Below, piece after piece: positions 12,276 to 26,417 of a stretch of DNA of 61,808 nucleotides (positions are counted from its first letter, which is position 1; every line of letters begins with the position of its first letter). The position numbers and the translations under genes were made by a program. Below the pieces are notes generated by a model. It searched no databases, was not told the DNA's origin, and saw only the letters and a list, made by a program, of their open reading frames with translations. The DNA lies in the NCBI GenBank assembly GCA_010093705.1, contig MU006093.1, positions 1,447,301-1,509,108 of the forward strand, in the 5' to 3' direction. The DNA comes from Patellaria atrata CBS 101060 (taxonomy: Eukaryota).

Positions 12276-15200
12276 CTACGAAGACGTCTTCGCGTTGATG
12301 ACCAGCACGCTGGCCCTGAGACCGCTAGACACAGCTCTCTCACCCAAAACACCCAAAGCTTTCCTCGCATCAACGTGCGGTGTATCGGTATCCTTCTCCA
12401 GCGAGAACTCTTGCATCCTCAAAGCATGTCTGCCCAAGATGATCATGTCACCAGCGTTCTTGGGGCTCTGGCCGACCTCTTCAGCCGCTCGAGCGAGCAC
12501 GTCCTTGACGGGCGTTTCAGTGACGATGGTGTCGAATTTGACGCGTGTCATTTGTTCTGAGGGGAGAGAACTGCTGATTGCTGCGAAGAAAGTGGCATCC
12601 CGCTCGTTGGGGTCGAACATCGATGTCTGGAACTTGACGTGCACGATAGTTGCGGTGATATCTTCCTTCTCGGCAAGCTGGATCGCCAGGCGTAGCGCCA
12701 CTCTATCATCTTCGCCACCAAAGAAGGCCATGAAGATATGATGGCTTTGATCCGCTTGTACAGAGGCGAAAGCTTCACTGGCAGTGGAACGGAACGATAT
12801 AGCACTGAGGTTGTACTTCGGCTTCGGCCTATCCTTATTGGCGATAGCGATGCCTCCAAAACGGCGGGCGACGAACACGGCGGAGTTGCAAGGTTGGTGA
12901 TCCAAAGTGTTGAGTACGAAGTTAGTATAAGCTGCCGAAGAAAGCTTTCCACTGGTGCTGTTGGGGTTGGGGGCATTGAGTAGTTGAGTTTCGCTCAAAG
13001 TGCCATTCTCACTCCAGGGAAGAAGTATCAAGTCAGACGAGACCTCTGCTGCCTTTCCAACTAACACCTCGGCGAATGAAGACTCTGGTATGACGGAAAC
13101 CTCACCAGTGACGGAGATATTATTCATCTGGCCAACAGTACGGAAAGTGTTAACGACAGGATCGAGTACGGTGAATTCTTCAACCTCAGATACTTTCATA
13201 ACCGAGGAATCACGATCCGTAAGTTCAACTAGACGAATTCCGTAAGCTTCCACTGGCCGTTCGGGGGGCCTTTCACTTGAGGGAGTGTCAACGGGATCGG
13301 AGTTCTTGTTGAAAGCTTCATCTTTAGAGGTGGGGTGAGAGGGATGAGTCTTATGCACTACTCCAGGGCAACTGCCGCTAAGCATAGACATAAGAGTGAC
13401 AAGTGCAGGCATGTTATCCATGCGAAGATATACGAGCAGACGCTGAATTTTGGTGGTCTGGAATTTGTCGAATGCCAAGCTATCGCCCGAGCTCTCGTCA
13501 TCCGAACGGGCAATTGGAGCGCCAGTATCCCAATCGATCTCACCTCGCTTCCAGGCTTCGATCTTCTTTTGGTACCATCCTGGATAGAGCATCACTGTTA
13601 GAGGTGTGGTAGTGAAGGTGGTAACAACGGCCATGACAACGAAAACGGTGAACGTTCGTCCACTCAAAATCTTGGCCTGTAAACCGATGTTCTACGCAAA
13701 ATGTCAGAATTTGGACAACAAATGGATTGAGTCGATTACTCACCAGCACAATGAGTTCTACCAAGCCTTTGCAGCTCATCAAAGCTCCGATGGCGAAAGA
13801 TTCACGCCACACTAGCCCATTGAAGCGAGCAGCGAGAGCGGCACCGAAGAACTTAGTGAAGAAGGCGACAGAAATGACGGCAGCTACATATGCCCAAACC
13901 ATTCCACTGTCGAGCAATCCTAAATTGGTGTTTAAACCTGAGAGTGCAAAGTAGAGCGGAAGGAACAGGGTACTGATCAGATCCTCAAGCTTTTCAGTAA
14001 GTTGAATGGCGAAACCACCTTCATGCGGGCATAGCAGTCCGATCATGAAACCACCGAAGATAGGATGCACGCCAATAACACCAGTAAAGAATGCTGAGGC
14101 GAGAGTGAGCAACAGTGTAAGGGCGACAATACTCTGACTAGGGCCATTGGTGAGGGCATTGTTCTTTCGTAGGATCCACATGAACACAGGGCGAACGGCG
14201 TAGACGAGAAACAAGACATATCCCAAACAGGTCAACAGAACCCATACTGCCGTGAGACCGGATCCTGAATTCACCAAGGCGACACAGAGAGCGAGCAAAA
14301 TCCAGCCTGTATCACATATCAGTATCGTCACGTGCTGTGATCTGCAACCTTGCATGGTGAAGCGCAGGGATGGAGATGTGGTGCGGAAAGATGCCAAGAC
14401 TTACCGATAACGTCGTTTCCAACACCAGCAGAAAGTACAATGATACCGACAGGTGTCACAAGGAGTTTCAAGTCGACTAGAATTCTGCACAGGACGGGAA
14501 AGGCCTATTTTCGGGTCAGCGCTAATGTTCTACGAGTCCAGCTGATAATGTACGAGAATGCTGAGTGCTTCGCCGACGTCACGCCGCGCGGTCACCTTAG
14601 CTCTTGGCTGAGATTCCACGAATTTCCAACTGCTGGCAGAATAAAACTCGAAGATACGTACCGTAATAGCCATAGCAACGCCGATGAACAGTAAGTAAGT
14701 ACCGAAATCGATATGTTCAAGGCCTTCATCGCCAGCAAATTCCTTGTACAAACCCCATGCGACGGCGCCGCCCAGTCCGAAAGGGAGGAGCATACCACCG
14801 ACTCCCACGCTGAGTGCGATTTTCCAGTTGCTGATGAGGAATCTCAAGTCGACTTCTAAGCCGACCAAAAACAGAAACAGCACTAGACCGAGGTTTGCAA
14901 CGAGGGCAAGATTGGGCATGGATGCCTCGGGGAAAATAGATTCAGTGAAGCCAGGAATCCTACCGAAGACTGAGGGACCGAGAAGAATGCCGCCGATAAC
15001 TTCGGCGATGACACGAGGTTGGCGCAATTTCGAGAGGGGGAAATGCAGCAGACGACAGAAGATGATGATGATACCAGCCTAGTTCGTGTCAGAAGATAGA
15101 CGATATTGCTACCCCTAAACACACGGAATAGTCAAAGAGGTTCTGTTGGTTCTGCTACGTACCTGAATGATGAAGATAATAATTGGTTCCTTGGGGTTAT

Positions 15201-15324
15201 ACTCTGTTGGATTTGACCCCTCGATAATACCAGCTTGAGGGGGAGCTCTGTTGCCATCGCCAGGCTCGGAGACTCCCGCCCTGATGACCAGGTTGGCGAC
15301 CACATCGGTGAAGCCTACAGTCAT
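12276..15324 (-). CDS. KHA1: K+/H+ antiporter (CPA2 family); four introns
   Basis: [68 protein letters not shown]; first ATG at 15324. Confidence 0.95.
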
Positions 15325-18300
15325 GATGTCCACTTATTCCTCTTGCTCCCACACTGTTTGTTCAGAGAGGTGGTATTCAGGGAAGGGGATCAAGTGAGAT
15401 AGCAGGTTTAGAAGTGATGATATGAGGGTGGTTTAAATACATATGGGGACGGAGTCCGAATGGGCAAAGCTTCCCATAACTTGGTTCACGATATTATCAC
15501 GATGATTACTTCGGCGGGAGCACTAGGAGATTTGGCGTGAAACATTGGTGGATAGTCCTGCCACACTGAAAGTCCTAGAACTCCCTTTCAGAAGCCATGC
15601 TGCCAAGGCGTTCGGGGATATGGGTCAGAGCGTGGGGATTAGGCGATCTTGGGAACCTGCCGCTGCGCTTTGCTTTGACCTCCGCTTTGACTTTGTGCTT
15701 TGACCTGACACCGGTTTGGCTCGCACTGCCGTTTGCAGGTGACTGAGCACAGGTTGGTCCTATCATGCTGAATATACATACAAGTATTTGCATCATTCCT
15801 GCATATTCCCCGGTGATGCTGCACTTGATGCACTCGCTGCAATCGCTGTACTCTCATCCAGTTTCGTCAGATCGCCCTATCTGTTCACATGTTGAGGCAC
15901 GGCTGGACAGACTTGCTGGCTCATCCAGGTCGAGAAGTCCTCACCGCGCTCTTCACCGCTCCGCTGTTGATGAGAGTGGAAACGAGCTGATCCAAGTGAA
16001 GCTGCGGTCGACGGACGAGCGAACGGGCTTCTTGCTGGTTCCTTTGTCTTGGAACCCACCCCTCCTTCCCGGTGCGTACCCCAATCATCTCCATGAGGGG
16101 TACTCATGTGCTCGTTATTGGATACTTGGGCATCGACCATCACCGTTGTTCGATTTGATAGAGAATACAGATTCTACATCAGCGACGAAGTAGTGCAGTA
16201 TTTGCACATGTCTCCCAGTATAACTCAAAGTTCTTGGTCCTGCGCGGTATTTTCCCACGCCTATTTCAAAGCAATCAGTTGGCGGGGAGGAGACATCAAT
16301 AGAACGGACCAATCGTCCACTACTTTCTATTAGGATACGGGTAGCATCAGTACTGAGCTGCTAGTCCCTTAAGGAACCTTAGGGGTTCAGGCGATAGCAA
16401 TACTATACTGTCACAGTACAAGTAGAATCGCGTAGGACGGAGTACACTTCTTACTTGATGCCTCGATTAATTCGACTCCGATGGTCATGAACTTTTCCAG
16501 CTGAGTAACCACTGTCGCACAAGTATGGAAAACAGATTTATCTACTACTACCAGAAATCCCAACGTTCTCATACCTCGCTTATGGGAATAACTGCCCGAG
16601 ATCAGTACGGTAGAAATCTAGATCAGCTTGCCCGCAGACACCTATGCGGCCCCGGCGTAGGATCTTAGTTCTAAGCATGGAATAGGAAAGTGTACCCCGC
16701 ATAACACTGAATAACAAAACTACAAGTATCTTGATGACCGTAAGCTGTAACCTTAAAATATCTATCATACTTTCTTGTATCGAAAAGTGTCGCTTGCCCT
16801 AACATCAACACCCTGAATATCCTTTCGATTTTGGGAAGCGCTGCCATGCGTATACGAGTACGCATAAAGTAAGTCTCTGGGACATGCCGAAAGCCTTTGA
16901 GTTACGCGATAGGAAATGTAGAGACAATCGGTTGAAGAAGTTGTTCTACGTGTAAGTGAAGTTTCACATGACGCAACATCATCCTGTAGAATCCCTCAAA
17001 TTCTCGCAAGGCTGGGTTATTCTCAGGAGTCAGGACCTCCTCTCGCTGTATTCACCCGTCTCTTAGGAAGGTACAGGCGTTGTGCTCTACGCGTTCAACT
17101 TTCTGTTCTCGCGTCAATCTTTTGGGGTTTTGATATAAATCCTTCATTCGAAATCCGTCATAAAGCTCTGCCGCTATTGATCAGTCAAAATCATGAGCTA
17201 TCAGGCTATCAGTTATGTAAACTCGTGGAAGACGTTCGGATCACTGTGTCAGGCCTTGGTCACGCGATATCGAACGTTTCTCATTCTCTCAGCCCTTCAT
17301 GTCGTAGCCCTACTTATAATACGGAGGAAAACCTTTGAATTCGAACCTTTCGATTTAATTTACGCTCTCAAGAACCCTGTGTCAGATGTAAAGGACGGAA
17401 ATGGCTAATGCCGTCTCATTTCCAGGTCCTTCCTCGTTCAATCACCTCATTCTACCCACGTGTTAGTCAATGTGGATTATAAGGCCCCTGGTCTCCAGGA
17501 TTCCAACAGACTACAGTACCGTAGAGCAGGGTACGCATTGATGCATAAGGTAAACCTTAAGGTATATCTACAAGCATTGTCGCGGGGCAACGCAAGTCGA
17601 CGTTTTGGTCCCCGTCTTCAGCGGGCGAGCCCGAGCAATTCCTTAGCACACGGGACGCCGCGAACCAGGCCTGAATAGGCCGTAGTTCGCTCTCTAATCT
17701 AACTTCAAAGGAAACTAGACGCTAGCCTATGTTCATGTCGTGAAAGGTGCTCAACGATGGCTTCATACTTTATTGTAACCTCAAAAGTTCTAATCCACCG
17801 CAAGCTCGAGATCTAAGGCTACACCTTCCTTGAATCGTTAATAAGAAAAACGACGAGGGAATCTGAGAGTTACTGCAAGGCTCCGATGTTAGGCACTGAA
17901 TATCAGAAAATCAATTGGTCATGAGGTCACAATCAATCAATCATTCACATCATAGCTGCTTGAATCTACAATAGTACTGTTGGTAAGCGCTCGCCATCGA
18001 AAATGATTCTGAATGCATAGCCCCAAAATTTTTTTCTTCGAACGCAAGATCCAGACCATCGAACCTCCATCGGCTCGATGCAAGCCTCGATGATTGTACT
18101 AGGTACGGTATTGCTACCTCTGGTCACATGTGAAGTGTAATTCATTCCCTTCAATCAATAAGACACCCAATGCCATCAATCAAACGTGCAACCTAGATCT
18201 CTTGCTGACCACCTTCCCTGTACGACATCTTCATCTAGGCCCCGAATTATGGTCTCCAATCGCATACCCCCCAAGTTCATTCATACTGACCGGTGTACGA

Positions 18301-20103
18301 TGCTCATGGCGAATTGAATTTCAGTCTTCCCATTGGAACGATCCCGCGAAACCTCAAGATCTTGAGGGACAGACACCCAGCCTTATTCTCACACACCTCA
18401 TCTACCTTCCCAACGCTTTGGGTCTGGATCTTCGCCACCTCAACGCTGCATTTCTCCTGTTACACGGTCCTCGAGCGTCCTCCACCCGATAGTGCATGAC
18501 TGTGTGACTCTGAATTCCTAGCTTCAGCCTCGCAGTATAAGAGATGCGATAAAGTTCATTGCGTTCTCTATCACGCTGCTGATCATCCCATCAAAGAGAA
18601 GCTCTGTCAGCTTCACGGTTTACCTCGCAGGTTAGTAAAGGCTCAAAGTTGATTCTCCTACAAATGTATTCTCTCAAACCGCCCAGGCGCCACGGGAGGT
18701 CTTTATCTAGTATATACGGTTAATCTTTAACATCAATCGAGATACGAACTTTATATAATGTTTCTTCGCTGGCAAGCATTCTCATGCACGACAACACACT
18801 CTTATCTGCATGTTTTCTCCCGTAGTATGGTGATACCCTTGCAGAGGGAGAACTATCAATCCTTCAGAAGATGTACTCTTCGTGTACCGTAATGTATAAA
18901 TGCATAAAGGGTCGACGGAACTTCATCAACAGCATTCGGTCATCACGCATCCCCAGCTTAGACCACGTCAAAATTGTGGAAACAGCCGCTTCAACGGAGA
19001 TGTTCTTTGAGCCATACACCATCCATCAATTTCAAGACTTCGAAATCAACTTGTTCACACCTATCGCGTCTCTTTCATAAACGTCGAATCGGAGGAATCT
19101 ATTGAGATCTAGAAATTTGCAATATCCTTAGAAAGTCTCAATATGTTGTCCAGGATGTTGATTACTGCTACACGCATTCATTCCATTACGGCAAATATCT
19201 GGAAATAGGATGTACAATCGGCTTACATTCCGGAAATGGAAACAATTTCACCTCGAATGCCTCCTTCATTATGTGCTAAATGTGAGTTGATACATGATAG
19301 TCTTCTCGGATCTAGACCGGTATCAAATCAGATACCCATGGATGATCGTGTCATCCAAAATATAGCTTCTATTGGATATATAATCAATGAGTATGACCAT
19401 CCGCGGAGGACGCACTGTAAGCCATACGAGAAATGGTAAAGAGTTCTTCTAACTTCTCGAGTGCTTATATCTTTCCATAGTTACTCCATTTTAATATAAT
19501 TATTATTGTTCAGGGAGCACCGGACTTCATCAGCCAATGGCGGGTGAACTATCACGCACTTCAAGGGAATCTTATTTATCATGATTTCTTCCTTCAAGAC
19601 AAATACAATACTCGCAGAGACTACGGTAGGATTTGCGGAATTTCCTTCGCATCAATAGGGTAATTCCCTAAGGCACGTTTGCTCATGAATGAACCTGAAG
19701 GTGAAGTACCGTAAGGTAAGATAAATTTTCTTCTACTTAGTTTATGGTTCATATGTCACCACCGTCGAAGGAAGGAGCATTCATTCCAGCGTGGCACTGT
19801 TCCTTCCCTTGAGGTACTCGTAAGGTAAGGTACCTCTTGGTTTTTTAGAGGTTGCTCTCATCTAATTACACTCGCAAAGAAAACAATCATATAAATAATA
19901 AAAAGCTTCTACGCGTTTAACATGGGGTATAACCGTGCGTTTTTCCTTTTTATCTCATTGTAACTGTCAGTTGAAGACATCGTCAATCGTAACGGTCAGT
20001 TGGAAGACATCCAATCGTCGATCGGAAAGTTTCCGCAAGACTGCTCCCTCTTCCATTATTATCTTCATCAATGGCATCATACGCCTCTTCACTTAAATCT
20101 GAA

Positions 20104-22880
20104 TTACGCCGAAAGTCCATCTTCCATTTTCTCTACAGTTGGTCGACGGAACCAACGTCTAACGCAATATCGCCCTACAATGGCAAACGTGAACGTCAGC
20201 AACAGGGCTAATACGAAAGCGAGTACCCAAAATGGCATGTCGCCATACGTATCAGAAGATACATCTGTGGGTACGGGTACGTACGGTTCACCGTGAGATG
20301 CTGGGCTCGGGACCTCAAGGCTTTCGTCCCACCAAACAGTCGGTTCCGGCCCGAGTTCGAAGTCCAACCGACCGCCGTCACGAAATACATCGTCCCAAGT
20401 CACCCAAACTTGTTTCCACTCCCCGCCGTTAACCTTCAAACTCTGTACGTAGAAATCGCGTGTCTTCCTGTCACCACCCCCGGAAGCCGTCACCTCGAGC
20501 GCCTTCCCACCGCCCAAGTCAATGGTTATCGACTCGAACCATGGACTTACGATAAGAAAGGTCGTCTGGCCTACAACCGGGTAAAGCCCAATCATCATCC
20601 ACAGGATGTAAGACTGCATGGCCCCCGCGTCGCTGTTCCCAGGAATGCCCGCACGTCCCGGACTATAATACGCATTGGCGATCTGCCGCGTCTGCTTAAC
20701 GGTCAGGTCCTGGCGGCCTGCAAAGCTATAAAGATAAGGTGCGCCCAAGCTCGGCTGATTTGTAGGATCGAAGATTGTGTTGTTCGCTTTTGGGCGCTCG
20801 GGGTAGCGACCAGGCTTGAAAAAGGTATCAAGACGTCGAAGAAACGTCTCCTTCCCACCAGACCATTCGATAAGAGTAGCGGCGTCGTGAACGGGATTTA
20901 AAGTATACTGCCAGGGCAAGCCTTGGTAGTAGGGTTCCACCCAATAACATGCACCGCACGATAATGGATCCTGTTCTACGAAGCTGCCACTCGCATCGTT
21001 ATTGCGAGGAACCAAGAAGCCTGAGAATCCGAGGGACGTGGCATTCTCATCCCAGTGATTACGCCAATTTCGAGATCGAGCGAGATATTTGTTGGCTTCT
21101 TGCGTCCGACCCAAACCATTTGCCACCTGGAAGAGTCCGAAGTCATTACCGGCATATTCCACAGCACGTGAAACTGAGCGAGTGTATTTAAGAGTGATGA
21201 AACCTCGCTCGTTCCAGTCCGGTAGAGCCCCACGGCCTTGTTGCACGGACGAATCACGTGCAGAAGGATCGTCGGTGTTTGGCGGTTCATTCTCCGCATC
21301 GGCAAGCATAGCATCTGCAAATAAGACCCAGTTAGCCAAGATATTTTTTAGAAAAGGAAAAATAACAACAGAAATTACCGAAGCCATCCTCCCAGTTGAT
21401 ACCCCCGCGAACGCCTTTCACATAGGCGTCAGCGAGCACAGTGTCAGCGTGAGAGCCACCCTGCGTCCTGCCGTTGTAGTTGGACGAGCGCCCATCTGGC
21501 ATCCAACCCTCGTTTCTCCACGTGTCGATCAGGGACCTGATTTGCTCTTCATACGTTCTGGGCTGAAGGATATGTTGGAGTGGCGTTGCGCAGCGATGAG
21601 TATCCCAAAGCGTGTAAAAGTCATCGTAATAAGGCTCCGAAGATGTCCACAAAGGATTTTCTCCGGTGCGATTTGAAGGAAGCAAATGCATTCCATACAA
21701 ACTGGAATACAGATGCCTTAGGTTGTCGACTCCGGTCTCGGCGGTGGTAACCTTTCCGAATACTTCAGTATTCCAACGGCTGACAGCATCGTCTATCAGG
21801 GATGTAAATGACTTGTCGGCGGGAGATTCTCGGTCAATGTATTCACAGGCACGATCTGATGAAATGAAAGAAACTCCGACTCTCGACATGACCTCTGTGG
21901 CCTCAAACGTAAATACTGCTCCTAATCTCTTCGACCCACTAACGGACGAGACTTCACCGTATGATTCTAGGGTGGTTTCAGATCCTATGAACGTTCGACC
22001 GCTCGTCGGTGCAGTGTCAAATTGACCGCAGAAATGAATTGTCCAATTCGGCGCTGATGCGAGGTTAGCTCTACGACAGGTAAAACTTTATTCATTCTTG
22101 CCTTTATTCCAGCCGTTATTGTAAGTTCCGCTTCCTTCGTAATGTCCATCATCAAAAATTGTCATATTACCCCCGGCATATCCTTGGTTCCATCCCATCC
22201 CTCTATATGAGGGAAGAACGTGGGATACATCGACAAGTACAGATGATGGACCTTCAGAAAAAGTGTACAGAAAGGCTCCAGTGTGCTCGGTTCCGGCCAA
22301 TTCTGCAGTCACTCCATTCATAAGAGAACTCTTGTAGTATCCGACGGAACCTTCATCTGGCGAGGCCCGGGAAGCAGAGAGATCATTCAGAGGATTCTCA
22401 ATTTCTCCAGCGACGGGTAATTGCGATACTACGCCGTACTTGGGAGCACCTCCAGTTCCTGACTCATGCATCATACTGAATCCAGTAATCGTGCCTTGTG
22501 ATACTGATGTCGTCCGTTAACCAGATATCGGAATCATAAGACATAAACCAGCCTTACAGTATCCAGAGTAAGCTTCCGCTTGTCCTGACGAGACGTCTGG
22601 CCCTAATTTGACCATGGCAAATGGTGCTTGGATTCTCAATTAGGAACGCTTCAGCTTTTACATTCTTAGCTACGACATACCCGCAACCACACCTGGAAAC
22701 ATATTACCGCCTCCTTCAGTCCCATGGCTTTGAATCTCTGTTAGTATCCTATTAAGTGTTTCCATACAGGGACACTTACAATACATCCACATATTCGGTA
22801 CGGTCCTGCTGTTGCGCTGCAACTAACATATAAGCAATTGGAAGTAGCCATATTGACCGATAAAATAGTGTCGTAACCAT
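20104..22880 (-). CDS. Glycoside hydrolase family 92 (alpha-1,2-mannosidase-like), signal peptide plus C-terminal TM anchor; five introns
   Basis: GTEGGGNMFPG, MMHESGTGGAPKYG, YYDDFYTLWDTHR, RTQGGSHAD, SVSRAVEYAGND, PGNSDAGAMQS. Confidence 0.93.
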
Positions 22881-25800
22881 TTGCAACAATGATAGCGGCT
22901 GAGAAGGAAAGAAAGTTGAGTAGCTAATGGAAATAATAACACAGAGACCTGAGGTGTCCGAGAGCGAGTGACGGTTGATATAGAGTTATCGATCCTTAGG
23001 ATCGTACAGGTCTTAAGAGTCCCTTGACCTTTTAAGCAGTCCACTTCAACAACTTGTCAAATGCACATGCAAGTGTTTAAGAAGGGACTACACGAAGTCA
23101 AGCTTTCTGAGCCTACCGACGCCTTCAAAGAACAGAAGAAACACGAAAGCTTCGCCCACCTTGAGGAGGGATGGAGTTATATTGAGCATCACGTTTTAGC
23201 GGTTCAGGTAGTGAATCGCCACCTGCCCCTGTAAAACGATGAGGTAGTAGTGGTGTACCCTTGTCGGCACTGAGTTTGACAGATTGTCGAAGCCGTTTAA
23301 GGACAAGGGGTTGAGGAAAACCCTATTGGGTCATGAGGCGCACGTTCCTTAACGATGCGTGAAGTCTCGACTGACGATGTCATGGTAGCCATATTTGTCC
23401 ATGTGCTATAGTAGCAGTAGAGATATCGCTCATGATACTACGTGCAGTTACGAGTTTTGCAGTTGTGCAGCGCCCCATGCTGGCACGTAACTGTCTGTAC
23501 AGGCCGCTCGAGGTGATGAATGCCATCTTCCCCACGTGTGGGGGGTGGAAGGGGTTGACTGGATCATGTTGTCTTCGCCGTACGAGGTTTTGAATGGAAG
23601 CTTTGAAGGTGAGGATGTTTAGATATCTAGGAGAAATAGGTCGTGGAGCGAAGCCGCGATGTCATTGGACCCCTTGAACTGCGGGATGGCGTCGCTGTGT
23701 AGATCCCCCCAAAGCTAGCCTGTGCCACCCCCCGCGCTTGGCGCCCATGCGGACGGTTTGTTTCATTTCTATTCAAACGACATGATCGAGTAAGGTAGTC
23801 TCATGTCTTCTTAGCTGACTCGCTGTTGTTGATGTTACTCTGTTGACTGCAATATAGAATATCATCGTGACATTGTCAACTCAACCAAAGCCCTTGGGGT
23901 TTCAGATATACCTCAGGATTCTTCCCTCACAAACAGAGAACTGCAAGCCCTTCGAGTCAGCAAATCAAACCAGAAGACTCCGGATCGTTATCCGTCTTGG
24001 TTCCAGTCGCGCACCATGGAAACCTCCAAGCGAGATGAAAACACTAAACGCCAGCAATTCCCAGAAGAAACGAATGAGAATACTGTAATGATGACATTAG
24101 TGTCAGCTTTCTAAGCGCAAGCCACACGCTCATTGTTATATCGAAAAACCCCAAGCTTGCCACGTTCCCATCGCCTCGGCACAAGAGCCTTAGGTTGAGG
24201 CTTTGTACCGTATTGTTCGCCACAAGATGGCAGCGCCGCATGGAGTCGTCACCACTCGAATACGGAAAACCGGAAACGGCGGCGGGACGCGAACCGGGAC
24301 CATGGAAAGAGCGGATGAGATCCCTGATGGCAATCATGAAGCCTCAGCAATCGTGGATTCGTGGTGGAGCGGATCTCTCGGCAGGTTAAAGGCCAAGATG
24401 GCGCTCCTACTCATTCCTATCTTTGATACGTACCGGAAACCGCTTTCGGTGGCTGATGACGGAGGTATGTATGTCGCTCCTCTGGTCTTATTGGTGTTTG
24501 GCGAGATCTGAGAATAGGGCCGAAGTCTCAAGAGATTCGATAAGAATAGGGGTTCGGAGACGAACTTTTTTTTAATACATCTTCTTACCATTGTTCGAGG
24601 GAAGTTGAATACCTAAGCCTAGGGATTTGAACCTCGTATTACGAATTTCGTATTTTGAATTTCTTGTTTCGAACCTACTATTTGAACCAAAGGCTGATAC
24701 GTAAAGGTCAGTCTTGGAAATCGAATCATAGGATACCTATTGTATTTAGTAGTGTAATTTTAGTCAAATCTTGAGTGATCCCAAGAATCTGAAGAGACAA
24801 TGTCAATTATTCTAACCATAGTATTGCCCTCTCCTCATCTACTGCTAGCACATCATAAGAAACAGTTGAGTTTCGATGACAAGACGTTCCAAATATCTCG
24901 AACTTAACATGACCCACGTGCAATGATCTCAGCAACAGTATTTACCCAAGATTGTATCTATAAAGGATAATGTTATTCCCACCCAGAAGTGGTGTAACCC
25001 GCTGGCGAGGAGGTTGACAGTTATCTAACTCTTTACTGCTACATGTTCGTGGGTTGACTACATACTTCAAATTCCTTGTTCATCGGGGTTTAGGACGTAG
25101 TACTACCCATAGACTCAACCCCTATAGCAAGGTATCAGTTCGATTTCTCCTGGTTCCTGTCCACATATACGGTCACCGAAAACACGCACCTGGCTGCGCT
25201 GATACCAATTAGGGGACGGTGGTCTTTTGTCAAATGTTCAACCGCGTTGCAATACCTCTTTCACATGGAACGCTAACGAAGAAAGAAAAGGTTTGTTTTT
25301 AAGGGTAGTCCAAATGGAGAGTGGAGAGGAAAAGCTGACCGTAACATCCGTTATTCTAAAACCATCAGCGGAATTTGTACGGTCAGAATTCAGATAGTGA
25401 CGAAATTCAACGATTCATTCCTCACGACGAACATCCCCTCGACAATAGGGGTGATACTTTGTATCTGCGGCTGGACTATTATATACTCCGCAAACGTTAC
25501 ATCTGACAATAGACCTCGTACGGAATCTGTATATGTAAAGATAGTACCGGTGAGTAGAGCCCTAATCAAGGTTAGACATATTACTCAAAGTGATGCATTT
25601 ACTTGCTGGAACAATTGTGGGCATTTTGCTTAACAACGAGTTCGTTGCAATTCGCGGTACAGAAGTAGTGAAGAAGGTTTTGTAGGAGTTACAAGGCGGA
25701 ACTTAGTCTTCGTTGCAACATTATCATGCTTGTACAGGTACGGTACATGCACAGGATTACTGGTACCAGGGATTTCTTAGAAATTAAAGGTTTTGGGACG

Positions 25801-26417
25801 AAAGTGATAAATATCTTTCGGAGCGAATACTAGGGTTTTGACGGGTGGTGTGAAGGCACGCGACGTTTTAAGTAGAAAATTCATGGGACAATACCCTGAC
25901 TCAATTGAATGAAGAAGAGTAACTGCTTGCAGCGTACACGATAGATTTCATATGGACGTGTATGGGCGTAAGATTGCTGTATAGACTGAAGTAATGCTTC
26001 TCGATGTAGTAGAACGAAAGTGATAGGTGATCCTGTTCTAATACAGCTCCCTCGCCTTAATACTATTAATCTGTGAGTGCAATCTGTAATACTTAAGATC
26101 AGAGGTGTCTTAAACCGAAGTCGGGGCGCAACGTACCATTAATAGCAATCGCTTTATGGAACCAAATGTCAAAATTCTTACTGCTCAATCAAAACCATAA
26201 TATAGTAACCCCAAATGGTAAGCCATACTGCTCAGTCAAAATCACAATCAGGCATATAATCCCCCTTTTTCCCTGAGATTTCTTCTTCAGAAATCCAAAC
26301 CTTGAAACTCAACACACACATTAACAAAAACACATAATCACAATCAAGTTTACACTCTACCTACTTCATATACAAATTCACAACCCATTCTACCCAACTC
26401 TACTATGCCCTATCAAG

